Part shown: piece by piece, positions 1 to 12,274 of the stretch | Position numbering within the stretch: the first letter of the stretch is position 1 | Layout: every line of letters begins with the position of its first letter | Assembly: GCA_964106645.2 (NCBI GenBank) | Contig: OZ067041.1 | DNA from: Podarcis pityusensis | Lineage: Eukaryota | DNA: 64,000 nucleotides | Strand: one strand, 5' to 3' | Made by a program: the position numbers and the translations under genes | The notes under the pieces: generated by a model | Told to the model about the DNA's origin: nothing | The model's input: the letters and a program-made list of their open reading frames with translations, nothing else | The model's database searches: none

Positions 1-2853
1 TCTTCAGCTTGCTGTTTCTGTAAGAAAAATTTGATCTCTCTTGGCTGTCTCAAAATGTTTTGAATTACATTTGTTCTTCAGTATACGGAATATTTGTATA
101 ACTCAGTCTTTTAAAAGAGAACATATATAGTAAATCTTTTACTGTGCTTGGAAGTGTTGATATAATCTGACTGTATCTCACTAACAATGATAGCTGCTTT
201 AATGGTAGTTAGAGCTCAAAACTTCCACCCACTGGAACTCTCCCCTGCTTTTTGTAGAAATAGGCCACAACTTGTAACTAATAGAAAGGAATTCAACCTG
301 AATAGCAGTACACTTACTAAACTAAAGAGGGTTATTGTAGCTTTATGAGTCGTCCAAATACATATTTAGTTTCCTAAAACAAAAACATTTCACTAGCATG
401 TATAGTTTTTAAACAACAAAAAAGAGCAACATAACATGATCTGGGCTACAATGCTAAAAACAGTTGCTAGGGAATAAACTCCACATCTGCTGGCATTGCT
501 CTGAAGAAGAAGAAGATGATGATGATGATGATGACAGCCAAGCCCTGAAAAGAGAACATTTACAGTTTCTCTGAGCCCTGCCCCAACATTGGGGTCCAGA
601 GGCCTTTATTTTCAGTAGCATTCAGAATATTGGGCAGATGAAAGTGTACCCCTACCCACCCAATCCTACCACCCATTCCCATTTGTACATACTGCCCCTT
701 GGTGAGCTCTTTTTGGGGTGGGGGACATAAGGTTAGTGCCCAGGGAGGGCACCTTGCTCAAATTTCTCAGACTAGACACTGACCCAGGCTAACTTTACTG
801 CCAAAATCAAAGGAATCATCTAATGCTACAGCTAATGGCACATGTTGGGCTGCACAATCATGCAAGCAGGGTGAAACAGCTTGCGTCACATGATAATATG
901 AGGGTGGCAGAATCGAAGGCAGGAATTGATGGGTGAACTGAGATGCAAGTCTTCCTAATGTGAAGGCCCTAGTTGGGTAAGGAGAGACAGCCACCCTTTG
1001 GACTCTGCTTCAGGCATCAGTATACCTCAGGAGGGTATTACTGGAAACAAAGCGCTTGCACTAAGGTCTGGTTGAGCAGGAAGACTTCATCTTCATGCAT
1101 ATGCTGTTCCAAAAAGAAATCCCCTTACAGGACATCTTACCTGCACTGCAGATGAATGTGGATTCTGACGTTCCTTTGGCTCAAATATGCAAGTGTTGCT
1201 CACACACTTGTACATAAATACTCATGTAGGCACATAAAAACACACACACCTGCACACGTATACCAACATATACTTAAAACTGTACAAATACAAAGTTGGT
1301 GATGAGTGAGATGGAACAAAGCGAGGAGAGCCTTTCCTTTGCTTGCCTCTTCTACATACGCACACATGCATAGCTTGGGCAATTAACTGGCTAGATGGTG
1401 CTTTATCTTAGAGTGCATCTGTATCTGCAGGCCAAAGTGTGCTCCCTTGTATTACAATAACACACCACGGAGAGCAGTAAGTTTACATTGAGGCTATAAA
1501 AGTACAGGCTCCTTGAGAGCACCTCCCTTTTAATTTATAACATAAAAATGTGTCAACTTAATTTCAAAACATCTTTGCCCCTGAGGGAATACTTTTGTAT
1601 TCATTGCCATGTCGTTTCTTTTAATAATTCCATTCCATCTGCTGAAGCAGGTGCAGAGGGCTCTAACCAAGATGTTGCAATGCATTCTGATGCCTCACAC
1701 CGCCTCTTTATTTTGTCAAGTCTTCCTTGGAATGTCACAGAAGCTTCCATCACCTGTAACTGCATTCACTACTCCGAAAACTCTAAATGGTGCATAAACA
1801 TTTATTTCATACACACACACACTTCAATATGGTAAAATGAAATTTTGACCCTGCATTTATTTTTAAATGAATATATTGAATGATTTCAAAATGTTTCAGT
1901 TTCAGTGATGCAGAGTGGCAGTTTCAAATTCTTTCTAGTTTTCACTCTGACTAATATTATGATGCCGCTCAGCCCTTGCTAACTCCTTTGCACTCTTTTT
2001 TTTTTTTTTGTGAACTTAAGATGCAGCTCTTGTTATTTTTCAGAATTTAATGCCCAGTTACACATAATTAGTTTCTTTGAAGTTACCAGATGCAGGATTT
2101 CAGTTCTGCTTTTAAAGTTTCATTAAAAAAAACCAAAGTACACTGGAATGAAACCCGTTACTTGTAAGAAGTCCTACTGGCACATTGGTTGCGACAGTTA
2201 TGTTTTATCTGAAATTATAATTATTTCTGCCTATATTAAATACATTATTAGATATTATTTAATGGGAATCATTTGTATTCAGACTTTCTGCGGCAGTGAA
2301 TGCGTAGTCTACAACATGAATGAACTCCCTCCCTCAAAAAAAACCACCAAGTTGCATGCAAACTAGTCATTTTATAGTGCTTCTGCAGAAAGCAGAATTA
2401 CATTGCTTAAGAGGATAGTAACATGCAATGTAAAGGACATAGTTGAAATTTGTGCTGCTCTAAGGAATATAAAATGAATGGATGTGTTTCCAAAACATTA
2501 AATTGAAGGATAATGTACCATAACGTATTAAAAATGTGTAATAGTCCTACTGGTCTTGTGGGGGAAAATAGTCTGGGGTGAGGGGAAATGTGTACTTATA
2601 TGAAGCAGGCTGTAGATCATCCTATCCAGCTTCCATAGCACTGTTTAATTAAAGTGATTTTATATTTGAAGCAAATGGCTGAACATGTTGCATATCTGGA
2701 AAGCTGTTTTAAAGCCATGGGTCTACCTGCCCTAGTGGTTTTCCATGAAGCTCTTAGATGTATCAGTTAGACAACCTTCCTTGAAAAAAGGAGCTTGTCC
2801 ACTGCTGTTTCTATCCACTTGAAATATGTAGAGCACATTCTTAGTTCATGTAG

Positions 2854-5800
2854 CTTCAGTGCTAGTGGCTGGTGATCTTAATGCCAGAATTGGCCAGTCT
2901 GACAAAGCACTATATGCACACTTCCACGACTCGCCACCTATTGTGGAAGAAAACCACCTTATACCCACCAGACTCTCAAAAGACAAGGGATGTAATTATG
3001 CAGGTTTGTGCCTATTGCGGCTTTCTAACAAGCTGGACCTGGTCATACTAAATGGGCGCAAGAATGGGGAGACCTGTGGGGAATTTACTTTTATATCAAA
3101 TGCAGGAGCTTCCACTATCGACTATGTTATGGTATCATTTAATCTCCTAAATAGAGCCCTTGAGTGCAAAGTGGAGGAGAGGGTTGATAGTGATCATTTA
3201 CCGCTCTGCCTCCTCCTGGATGCAAGAAAAGACTTATTTTGCAATGATAAACTTGAAGCCCCCAGGTCCTCCAACATGGAGTTGAGATACTCACGTATTA
3301 GATGGTCCGAAAAGCTGAATGCCGAAACATCTGAAAGGCTATACTCGGACACATTCCTCAGGAGAAGAGATAATCTCTTAAACCCACCATGTTCTGAATC
3401 TAGAATAATCTTGTTCCAGGAGCTGATCTCACTTTTGCAACCCCACCTGATCCAAAAAAAGCCATCGTGCCAACCTATATTCCCCAACAAATCCAAACCC
3501 TGGTTTGATCAGGAATGTATTGCTACAAAGCGTTCTTTGCTGGATAAGTACAGGAATTACAAATCAGCGAACTTACCCTTGCTTCCCGCGGAATGGTTCG
3601 AAGCCAAACGTAAATATAAAGATCTGATTAAAAAGAAAAAGCTTCAGGCCCAAAGGGAGGAGTGGCAACGTTTATTAGAGGCCTCTCGAAGGAAAGACTC
3701 AGCCACCTTTTAGAAAATAGTCGCGAAAAGTTGGCAAGACTCCCCGATTGAAATTGATTATACTATACCAGTTGGGATTTGGGAGGCTTACTTTCTATCT
3801 TTATATACATCAAATCAACATCTGCAGGCCCTGCCCCCAGCTCCAAGTGATATTGGCGCCGAATGGCCCCCAGTAGCAACTGAAGAGATCTATAGGCTCA
3901 TCCAATCCCTTAAACCTGGAAAAGCACCCGGCGTAGACAACATTACACCGGAACTCCTTAAGGCTAATGTTGAATGGTGGGCCCCTGTGCTAGCTGCCCT
4001 ATTTACCAGCATAGACCAATCGGCCACTATCCCTGAGGATTGGGGATTAGCAATCATCATCCCTTTATTCAAGAAAGGGAGCCGATCAGACCCGGCTAAT
4101 TACAGGCCAATTAGCCTCCTAAGTATCATTAGCAAATTGTACGCTGCCCACCTATGCGGCAAATTAGTGGACTGGTTGGAACAAGACCACATTCTTTCAG
4201 AAGCACAGGCTGGTTTTAGGGCAAATCGGTCAACCTTAGACCAGGGCCTTGTTCTCCAACATCTTGCGGAGAAATATACATCAAGAAAAGGAGGTTCCCT
4301 ATACGTGGCCTTTATAGATTTCAAATCTGCTTTTGATTTAATACCAAGGGACAGGCTCTGGGGAAAGATAAGCGCCACAAATATAAACAAACGCCTACTG
4401 TATCTCATCCACAGTCTATATGAAAATACACGGATCCGGGTAAGGTGTGACCGACAGGGCCACCTATCCAAGGAAATCCAAATCCATCAGGGGGTCAGGC
4501 AAGGGTGTGTCCTTGCGCCTACTTTATTTAACTTCTATATCAACTCGCTAGTAGGAAACATGGAGAAAGAAAATGCCCATCCCCCCAAATTGGCTGGTAC
4601 GCCCCTCCCGGTCCTTTTATATGCGGATGACACAGTTTTAATTTCTTTTTCTTGTGTTGGATTAAGAAAACTTTTGAGATCTTTCACCAAATACTGCAGC
4701 ATCGAACAATTAACAATTAACTACAACAAATCCAAAGTTATGGTGTTCTCCAAAAAAAGGAGGAGGCACAAATGGAGAATAGACAACCGCTTAATAGAAC
4801 AGGTAGCAACCTTTAAATACCTGGGTGTAACCTTCCAGGAAAGGGGCTCCTGGCACTTTCAGATTAATAATACTATTGCAAATGCAGAAAGATCTACCAA
4901 AGCGTTAATAAGATTCTTCTATGGGAAAGGAGGCCAGTACATACCGGCAGCCTCCCAGGTCTTTGCTGCCAAAATACTACCACAATTGTTATATGGATCC
5001 CAGATCTGCAGTTTTAAAAACCTTACTCTCCTAGAGGCATTTCAAACTAAGTTTTTCCGCTGCCTGCTGGGGATCCCCTCTTGCGTATCCAACATAGCGG
5101 TCCGTTTGGAGGTTGGGCAAATTCCGATCAGTACCCGGATATGGATATTGAAGATCCATTACTGGCTAAAGCTTATTTTCTTCCCGGTTGGGCGGGCACC
5201 TTTGACCTTATTGGATACCTACCAATCCAGATGGAAAGCTACACTGCTGGAAAAGCTTAAAGGCTTGGGGATCCCACAGCAGACCCTGATAGCCACAGGC
5301 TTCGAGAAAGCTAGGACCACAATTCGCCAGCGTATCTGGGACGTAGAATTACAATGCCACATGAGTGAAATGATCAAACATCCTGCAATAAGGGACTATG
5401 GGAGAGGTTTTTCTCCAGCTAACTATCTGTCAGGTCTTCAGGTACCCAAATACAGACGGTCTTTTACCCTCGCCAGATTCAACGTTCTCCCTTCTGCCTT
5501 ACTTCAGGGCAGATTTGAGGGTAAACCATACACAGCGCGGGTCTGCCCCTGTGGCTCGTTGGAGGTTGAGACTGCTTCACATGTACTGTTACGTTGTCGT
5601 CTTTATGAGGACATACGTTCGACTTTTATTGCACCTGTTTTGCGGAAGTCCAGGAAAGAGTCGGAACACCATGGTTTGGAACCACTGCTAGAGGACAAGA
5701 ATCCCAAGACTACATTAAATGTAGCCAAATTCTGTGCGGCTGCAATTAGTCGCAGGAAGCAAGTGGTATCCCATGGTGACCAAACCCCCAAATGTTAATA

Positions 5801-5952
5801 GCAGGGGGCATGCTAATAATTAATTTTAATTTTTTATATTTAAATGCTTGTTATACTTATATTGTCCTTTGTATTTTTTATATATATTTTTTATGATCTG
5901 TGATGTTGTGTGTGTTGGCACTGGTCTGTGACCGTATTAATAAATTCATTCA
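2854..5952 (+). mobile_element. 5'-truncated non-LTR retrotransposon, RTE-X (RTEX)-like LINE
   Basis: TSD TTCATGTAG at 2845-2853 and 5953-5961; 3' end AATAAA followed by (TTCA)n tail; encodes APE endonuclease and RT. C-terminal CPCG..ETASHVLLRC..Y motif resembles RTE-X ORF2 (clade call from recalled motif). Confidence 0.9.
2859..5798 (+). pseudogene. LINE ORF2 (APE endonuclease C-terminal half, reverse transcriptase, C-terminal Cys/His motif) broken by one in-frame TAG at 3711-3713
   Basis: ORFs 2859-3713 and 3987-5798 are in the same frame and the gap translates openly (KIVAKSW...LKPGKAPGVDNI). Motifs: GDLNA, TIDY, SDH (EN); NYRPISLL, QAGFR, FIDFKSAFD, GVRQGCVLAP, YADD (4620-4631), FKYLG (RT). 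Confidence 0.93.
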
Positions 5953-8147
5953 TTCATGTAGGACAGTACTGAGGCAACTTGTGATTGGCCAGTATCCCAC
6001 ACAAACGCATGAATCTTCTGCAAAGGTTCAGTGCCTGAGGTTCAGGAATTGCCAGGAAGCCAAGTCACCATTGAAACTTTAATTTGTAGAAAGTGTGAAA
6101 ACCAAAGCCACTGAATATTATTTAGGATATCTGGATAAATTTATTGCACTGCCAAATTATTAGGACCACTGCTGGGTGGTCTTAGGTAAATCACTGCCTC
6201 ATATTCAACCCATGCAGGTTCATAAGATGTAGATCACAAAGCACCTTTCACAATCGAGAGCGATTCTAAACATTTGCAAATTGAATGACCACATGAAAAA
6301 GAATGAATAGCATTTATGAATACAGATTTTCATTACTGGGATCCATTACGTTCAATCAATGGTTTGCTGTTAGCCAATGTGTATGAAGGGAATATGCTGG
6401 CCTGCATATTCCACTGCACACACCAGCCCATTCTAATTTCAACTTTCCTGCATTGAGCAGGGAAGTCAGAAGAGTTGTATTTCTAAGCATGTTCAGTTGA
6501 GCACACTTACAAACCTGCCTACAATCAATAACCATGATAGTGCAGGGTTTCTGGTTACAGGGAGAGTGGTTGGAGCAAATAGGGATATTGTTGGGATTTC
6601 ACATTATTGGGATGTGAAATTCTCTGAATGAGTTCCTGTGTTTGGGAGTGGATTTGAAGCAAACACCTAGCAGAAGGTGTGGTGTATTTGAGGCCTGCAG
6701 CCAGTATATTAATATTGATTAAGGATTAATCTTCCCTTTTAGGGTTAAGCAGTTCATATTTATGCAGCTGGCACCCAGCAAAATGATTTTACAACTCTAT
6801 AAGCCACAGAACGATGTTGTAAATTTGTTCTTCAGCTTTTTACACATGCCAGAATTTCACTGGTTGTAGCATTTGCCCCAAAAGCTCTCTTCACCCAATC
6901 ATGTCACAAAGAGTCCAGAGTCAACGTTATTACTTGCACTGTGTCTTAACAGCATCAAGTAATGTGCCAAGCAAAGGCCAACATTTTCTTTAGTTCTGGT
7001 GTAGAAACGAAGTCTTCCATGAAATGAGTTCTTCGTTATCACAGCTAACAGATTACACTGGGAGGTTTGTCAGTACAGACTGTAAAAATGCATTCTGCAG
7101 GTAAGGCACTTCCTTAGAACAAGCATAGCTTAGCTGTTCACATCCTGTGAGGATACAGTGCTTGCAGCTGTGTGACAGTTGGGCACAATCTAGCTAAAGT
7201 GCATCACTTGAGTAAGTATGATTTGTTTCAGAGGAAGAATAGTTCCCTGTTGCTGCTTAAAAGCACAATCCTATACACGAGAGCAAGCCCAATCAAGCTC
7301 AGTGAACTTATTTCTGAGTAGATGTGGACTGTCAATCTCTCAAAAGTCAGAGTAATTCTATATATTTTTCAGCTTAGAGTTTTGGTCAAATTTTGACCAT
7401 CCACTGGGGGGAAACCCCCAAACCCACCACAATTAAAAATTCAAACACCACATTTTACAACCTGAATATCAGAATTTTTGCATGGCAATATGACATGACA
7501 GTTTGGGGACCCGCTTTATTTTAATTTTTTACCGTTCATTTTCAGTTCTAAGAACCGAATGAATCCCCATCCATATAAAAACGAGAAACTTTTTCATCTG
7601 CTAAGACTTGTTGAAGTTTATTTATTGAGTCCCACTTAAAAGTTTGGTAATGTTGGCCAAAATAATTCCCTGGAACTTTAAAATCATGTGGATTTTTGGC
7701 CGTCCTAAATATAAAGCTGAGTCAGATCCTTAAGAAAACTGTTTTAAGGTTAAGCCCTTAATTAGCCAGCCAAATGACTCAGTGCCATCCATCCGTCCCT
7801 CACGCAGCTGTTATGATGGAAAGAACTGCTTTTGATATCCGTATACTAATGTCCCTGAACAGCAGTGACATAGCTTTTTCAGGATGAATGAAAGGACAAA
7901 CTGCAGAAAAAAAGAGTGTGCCAGCAACGGCCCATATCCAAAGAACAGCAACGTCCTTGGGCACTAGAAGGAAATGGAGCAAAAGAACGAATTTGGTGAC
8001 AATAAGCTAAGTTGCAAAAAGAAAATTGCACCACGTCAGCCATACTCACACCATGACTAAGCTCCTGGACATGGACCTTGGTAATTAAGGTTTCTTTAGA
8101 AGACCTTTGCCTACATTTCCATTCAATTAAAGTACAAGGCTGAATTG

Positions 8148-8299
8148 GGGGAAGGGTTGTATGTCAGTGATAGTGTATCTGCTTTGCATGCAGAAGGACC
8201 CGGGTTCAATCTCCAGCATCTCCTGGTAGGGCTGAGAGAGATCCCTGTCTAATATCCTGGAGAGGCTCTACCAGTCTGACTCAGCTTCCAGTGTTCTTA
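8148..8299 (+). mobile_element. tRNA-derived SINE (Squam3-like), internally deleted
   Basis: Head ...TGCATGCAGAAGGACCCGGGTTCAATC (B-box-like), body GGTAGGGCTG..CCTGGAGAG..CCAGTC, end GCTTCC..TGTTCTT; homologous to 48885-49078 and 29680-29800. Confidence 0.7.
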
Positions 8300-8620
8300 A
8301 GGTGGCTGAGAAAAAGCAATCTGATCCATTGTTCCCTGCGACCTTGGTTTACATGCAGTTCCACTTCTCTCGGCTGACTCATGTTGAGTTGGATCGGAGA
8401 ATAAAAGTGGCTGCCCAGCAGAAGTTGCTCCTGTTGTGGCAGGGAGATTTCTACAGTAGAATCAGTCCAGGCCACCAAGCTTACTTCTAGGCCAAGCGTG
8501 TGATACACTACTGTCTGCGCTCCAAAGATCTGGTGGAGAATCCGAATGGCTTCTTTCCCTGCAAAGAACTGGAATGGTGGTCAGAAATAAAGTTCTTGGA
8601 AATTTTGCCCTGCTACTGAC

Positions 8621-9139
8621 CATAGCTGTCAACCATCCCTTATTTGGTGGGAAAGTCCCTTATCCCAGCGCTGTGTCCCGCTGCTGTCCCTTATTGATTA
8701 TGTCCCTTAAATTTCCCAGGTTTCAAAGGAAGCAGCTCCTCTCTCTCCCTCCCTGCCGGCCAGGGAGGAGGGAGGCTCCAACTGTGTTGCTTGGCTGCAT
8801 TGCTCACCCAATAAGGAGTCTAAGAACGACTGGGGGGTGGAGCTTGCATGCCTTGTGCCGATCAAATCGGCCCGTTGCCTGGGGACTCGCCTTTGCTCAG
8901 CGCTTCCCAGCGGAGAGGTGACAGTGGTTTTCCTTGCTGCATCCCCTTTGCTGGGTTGCTGCGCTGTGGGAACCACCGCTTGAGGCTTTGTTTGGCTGCT
9001 GGCTGGGTTTTCTGCCTTTGCCTTGGAGAGGCTCAGAAGTTGAACATACCTGTGCTTGGAAAATCCCTTATTTTGGCTGCTGATCCCTTATTTTCAGGGC
9101 TGCTGGTCCCTTATTTTCAAATCTGTAAATTGACAGCTA
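8621..9139. mobile_element. Non-autonomous DNA transposon with TAGCTGTCAA/TTGACAGCTA terminal inverted repeats
   Basis: TIRs at 8623-8632 and 9130-9139; subterminal TCCCTTA motif repeated at both ends; GC/CpG-rich core. Superfamily not determined. Confidence 0.65.
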
Positions 9140-9170
9140 ATCTGTCAACTTCAAACTAATCTGAGGTCAC

Positions 9171-9318
9171 AGAATAGAATCATAGAGTTGGAAGGATCCC
9201 CAAGGGCCATCTAATTCAACCCCCTGCAGTGCAGGAGTCTTGCTCACAGCTGGCCCTGGGTGGGCTCAAATTGCCAGCCTTCTGGTTAACAGCCAGACAC
9301 ACTGACCAATAGCGCCTG
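9171..9318 (-). mobile_element. tRNA-derived SINE with CR1-type 3' tail
   Basis: Minus strand: tRNA-like head, then GCAGGGGGTTGAATTAGATG..CCTTCCAACTCTATGATTCTATTCT (CR1 3' end); tail matches 34394-34541. Confidence 0.7.
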
Positions 9319-9506
9319 GTACCAAGTTTTCTTGTCCTCCCTTACAGCATCTTCTGTAACATGAAGGAGAGGCTCTGAAGGTAAGGTCCTATGTCAACCC
9401 TGACTCTCTCCTGAATTTTGTGTCATATACCATTAGCTTACCCCAATCCATTTATCTCACTTGCAGCCTGATGTCTCCTGCCAGTAACTGACAATTTGCC
9501 ATTCTA

Positions 9507-9543
<37 letters not shown>

Positions 9544-10220
9544 TATTTATACCCTGCCCTCCCCGGCCAGAGCCTGGCTCAGGGCACCTAAGGTAAAGGG
9601 ACCCCTGACCATTAGGTCCAGTCGTGGCTGACTCTGGGGTTGCAGCGCTCATCTCGCTTTATTGGCCGAGGGAGCCGGCGTACAGCTTCCGGGTCATGTG
9701 GCCAGCATGACTAAGCCGCTTCTGGCGAACCAGAGCAGCGCATGGAAACGCCGTTTACCTTCCCCCCGGAGCGGTACCTATTTATCTACTTGCACTTTGA
9801 TGTGCTTTTGAACTGCTAGGTGGGCAGGAGCAGGGACCAAGCAACGGGAGGTCACCCCATCGCGGGGATTCAAACCGCCGACCTTCTGATCAGCAAGTCC
9901 TAGGCTCTGTGGTTTAACCCACAGCGCCACCCGTGTCCAGTAAAATTACTGGTAAAAACATAACAGGGGGGGGGGGGACAATTTAAAATACAGGTTAAAA
10001 TGCAATTTAAATGCAGCCTCATTTTAAAAGTAGCCCATAGATCAAAACCATAAGGGGAGGGAAACATAAGGGTCAGACTGAGTCCAAACCAAAAGCCAGG
10101 CGGAACAGCTCTGTCTTTCAGGCCCTGCAGAAAGATGTCAAGTCCCACAGGGCCCTAGTCTCTTGTGACAGAGTGTTCCACCAAGTCGGGGCCAGTACTG
10201 AAAAGCCCCTGGCCCTAGTT
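9507..10220 (-). mobile_element. L2 LINE 3' fragment interrupted by a Sauria SINE
   Basis: (ATT)n tail at 9508-9543, L2-type 3' UTR, and ORF end ending ..FLQGLKDRAVPPGFW (frameshifted L2 C-terminus); continuous across the SINE at 9590-9938. Confidence 0.7.
9590..9938 (-). mobile_element. Sauria SINE, full length
   Basis: Reverse complement starts GGACACGGGTGGCGCTGTGGGTTAAACCACAGAGCCTAG and ends GGGTCCCTTTACCTT; closely similar to 54869-55207. Confidence 0.92.
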
Positions 10221-11619
10221 AGCACCCTAAAGTGACCATGTCACACAGTAAGGTCAGTCCTGCTAGTATCACCTCTAGGGAAGAAGCCATGTTTCGGTAT
10301 ATACATTGATTAGCATGGCACCTTCTGATTATTATGATTTTTTGTGGTGCTGTGGTACAATAAAGGAATTTTGTAGAGAGACCGTCAGCTTCTGGTTCTT
10401 CAACAGTAAACCAGAGGTTAAAATTTGACTCATTAAAGAGGAACTGGACAGACAAGAAAGCTGGGCAGTGCTGTTTTACTTCCTCTATTACAATGTGTTT
10501 CCTCTTTTCAAGTTCCTCACCTGCGGTGTGGAGGGAATTGAAGGAAAGAAAATGAAGTTCATTGCCTGCTTACCAGAATATACTCATTTTTCTTGCTCCA
10601 GTAGCCCAAACATTTATGATAATGTTTCTGCCTGACAAGCTTGATCCAGTATGATAATGTGATTATTAGCTTCTGTGGTTGAGAGTTATGAAGAAGGATA
10701 CTTTGCAAAACCTGTTAGGCCTGGTTTAAACATAGCACTATGATTTATTAAACCACGGTTTAGTTTTATATGTCAAGTTTGTCCAGTGGCTTAACTATTC
10801 TTCGTTTACTGCCAGCACATCACGATCTGAAGCCATAGTCTGTTTAAACTGATATCCATGCTACTATTGGGGATATATTCTTCCCTTTAAGCACTATATT
10901 CATTTTACAAAACATGACCACTGAGTTGTACCAGCCAACCACTCCTTTCATAAACATTGATTAACACATATCGTTTGTTCTTATCTGTTTATTTTTGCTG
11001 TGTCATGATTTAAATTAAAAGGCAGCATATATTACCCTAGTACTGAACTGAACTGAAGTTGCAAGTTTTAAAGTGAAGACGAAGTGAAAATCGCTTTTAC
11101 TTTGTAAAAAGACAAGTGATTGTTGCAGACAGCTCAATAATACTAAAAAGGGTGTTGGTAATTTGGATGACTAATATTTTGAATTTTCAGCAGGCTGGAA
11201 GGGTATTAGTTCCAACCGTGGCTGCTGGTGATTCATTTGTATCCCTCCAATTCTTTGCATTATTTTTACTATTCCCAATCTCTACTTTTAACAGCAGTAT
11301 GTATGAGATGAAGCCTAATTAAAAACTATAGAGCATCATTCATATTTTATCAGTAACATAGATTTTAATACATAATTCATTCTGAGAAATGTTTGCAGAA
11401 TTCTGTATTTGTGTATTGAGGTTGGTGGTCATCGCTACTTACTTCACAACAGTTAGAGTAGAACCGTCATGGAGTTACTGATGTTCTGTACTTTTAATTT
11501 TTAAAAACCCTTGTACAAGGGGTAATTTCCTCACCTTTTTTGTTTACTTTAAAAATGTCATTAGTCAGATCTATTGACACAACTAAAGTCAACATTTCAA
11601 GGTTCGGGTTTCAACCCAT

Positions 11620-11860
11620 AATATCTTATACAGCTCAAGGCCACAATACCTCAAGGGCAGCCCCTCTGCGCATTAACCAGGATGGACCCTTGGCCACTTC
11701 ATCAGAGGCAATTCTCCCTGTACCTCATCTCAGAAAGATGTGGAGAGTGGTGACATGAGAACATGCTTTTTTTCAGTGGTATCTCCCCATTTGTGGAATG
11801 CTCTTCCCAGGAAAACATACCTGGCACCATCACTTCATCAATGCATTATTTTAGTCTCTT
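11620..11860 (+). mobile_element. Old L2 LINE 3' fragment
   Basis: Degenerate GGCC.CAATACCTCAAGG...TTTTCAGTGGTATCTCCCCATTTGTGGAATGCTCTTCCCAGG; homologous to 25035-25498. Confidence 0.6.
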
Positions 11861-11896
11861 CTGTGCTGCTCATTTTTTAGTGGGGCAGGGTTTGTT

Positions 11897-12205
11897 CTGA
11901 AGGCGTGTCGCCACCCCCATCCTTCAGCCTGGACACTGAGGTCCAGCTCCAAGGATCCTCTGGCGGTTCCTTCCCTGCGAGAAGTGAGGTTGCAGGGAAC
12001 CAGGCAGAGGGCCTTCTTGGTAGTGGCGCCCACCTTGTGGAACGCCCTCCCATCAGATGTCAAGGAAATAAACAACTATCTAACTTTTAGAAGACATCTG
12101 AAGGGAGCCCTGTTTAGTGAAATTTTTAATGTTTGATGTTTTATCATGTTTTTATATTCTGTTGGGAGCTTCCCAGAGTGGCTGGGGAAACCCAACCAGA
12201 TGGGC

Positions 12206-12250
<45 letters not shown>

Positions 12251-12274
12251 AAATAAATAAATAAATAAATAAAT
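11897..12274 (+). mobile_element. Younger L2 LINE 3' fragment with (GT)n/(AAAT)n tail
   Basis: CAGAGGGCCTTCTTGGTAGTGGCGCCCACCTTGTGGAACGCCCTCCC (RAF.VVAPTLWNALP), 3' end CCCAGAGTGGCTGGGGAAACCC..CCAGATGGGC; inverse match to 32645-33010. Confidence 0.85.
12209..12274. repeat. Compound microsatellite (GT)n then (AAAT)n
   Basis: Directly visible at the L2 tail. Confidence 0.95.

Noticed and set aside
3711-3713. Programmed stop readthrough, a two-ORF design, or APOBEC editing at the LINE TAG
   Set aside because: Context TAG-AAA is not a known readthrough signal and Trp fits the position (F-W-K). One G-to-A change cannot show editing; a simple nonsense mutation or sequencing error suffices.
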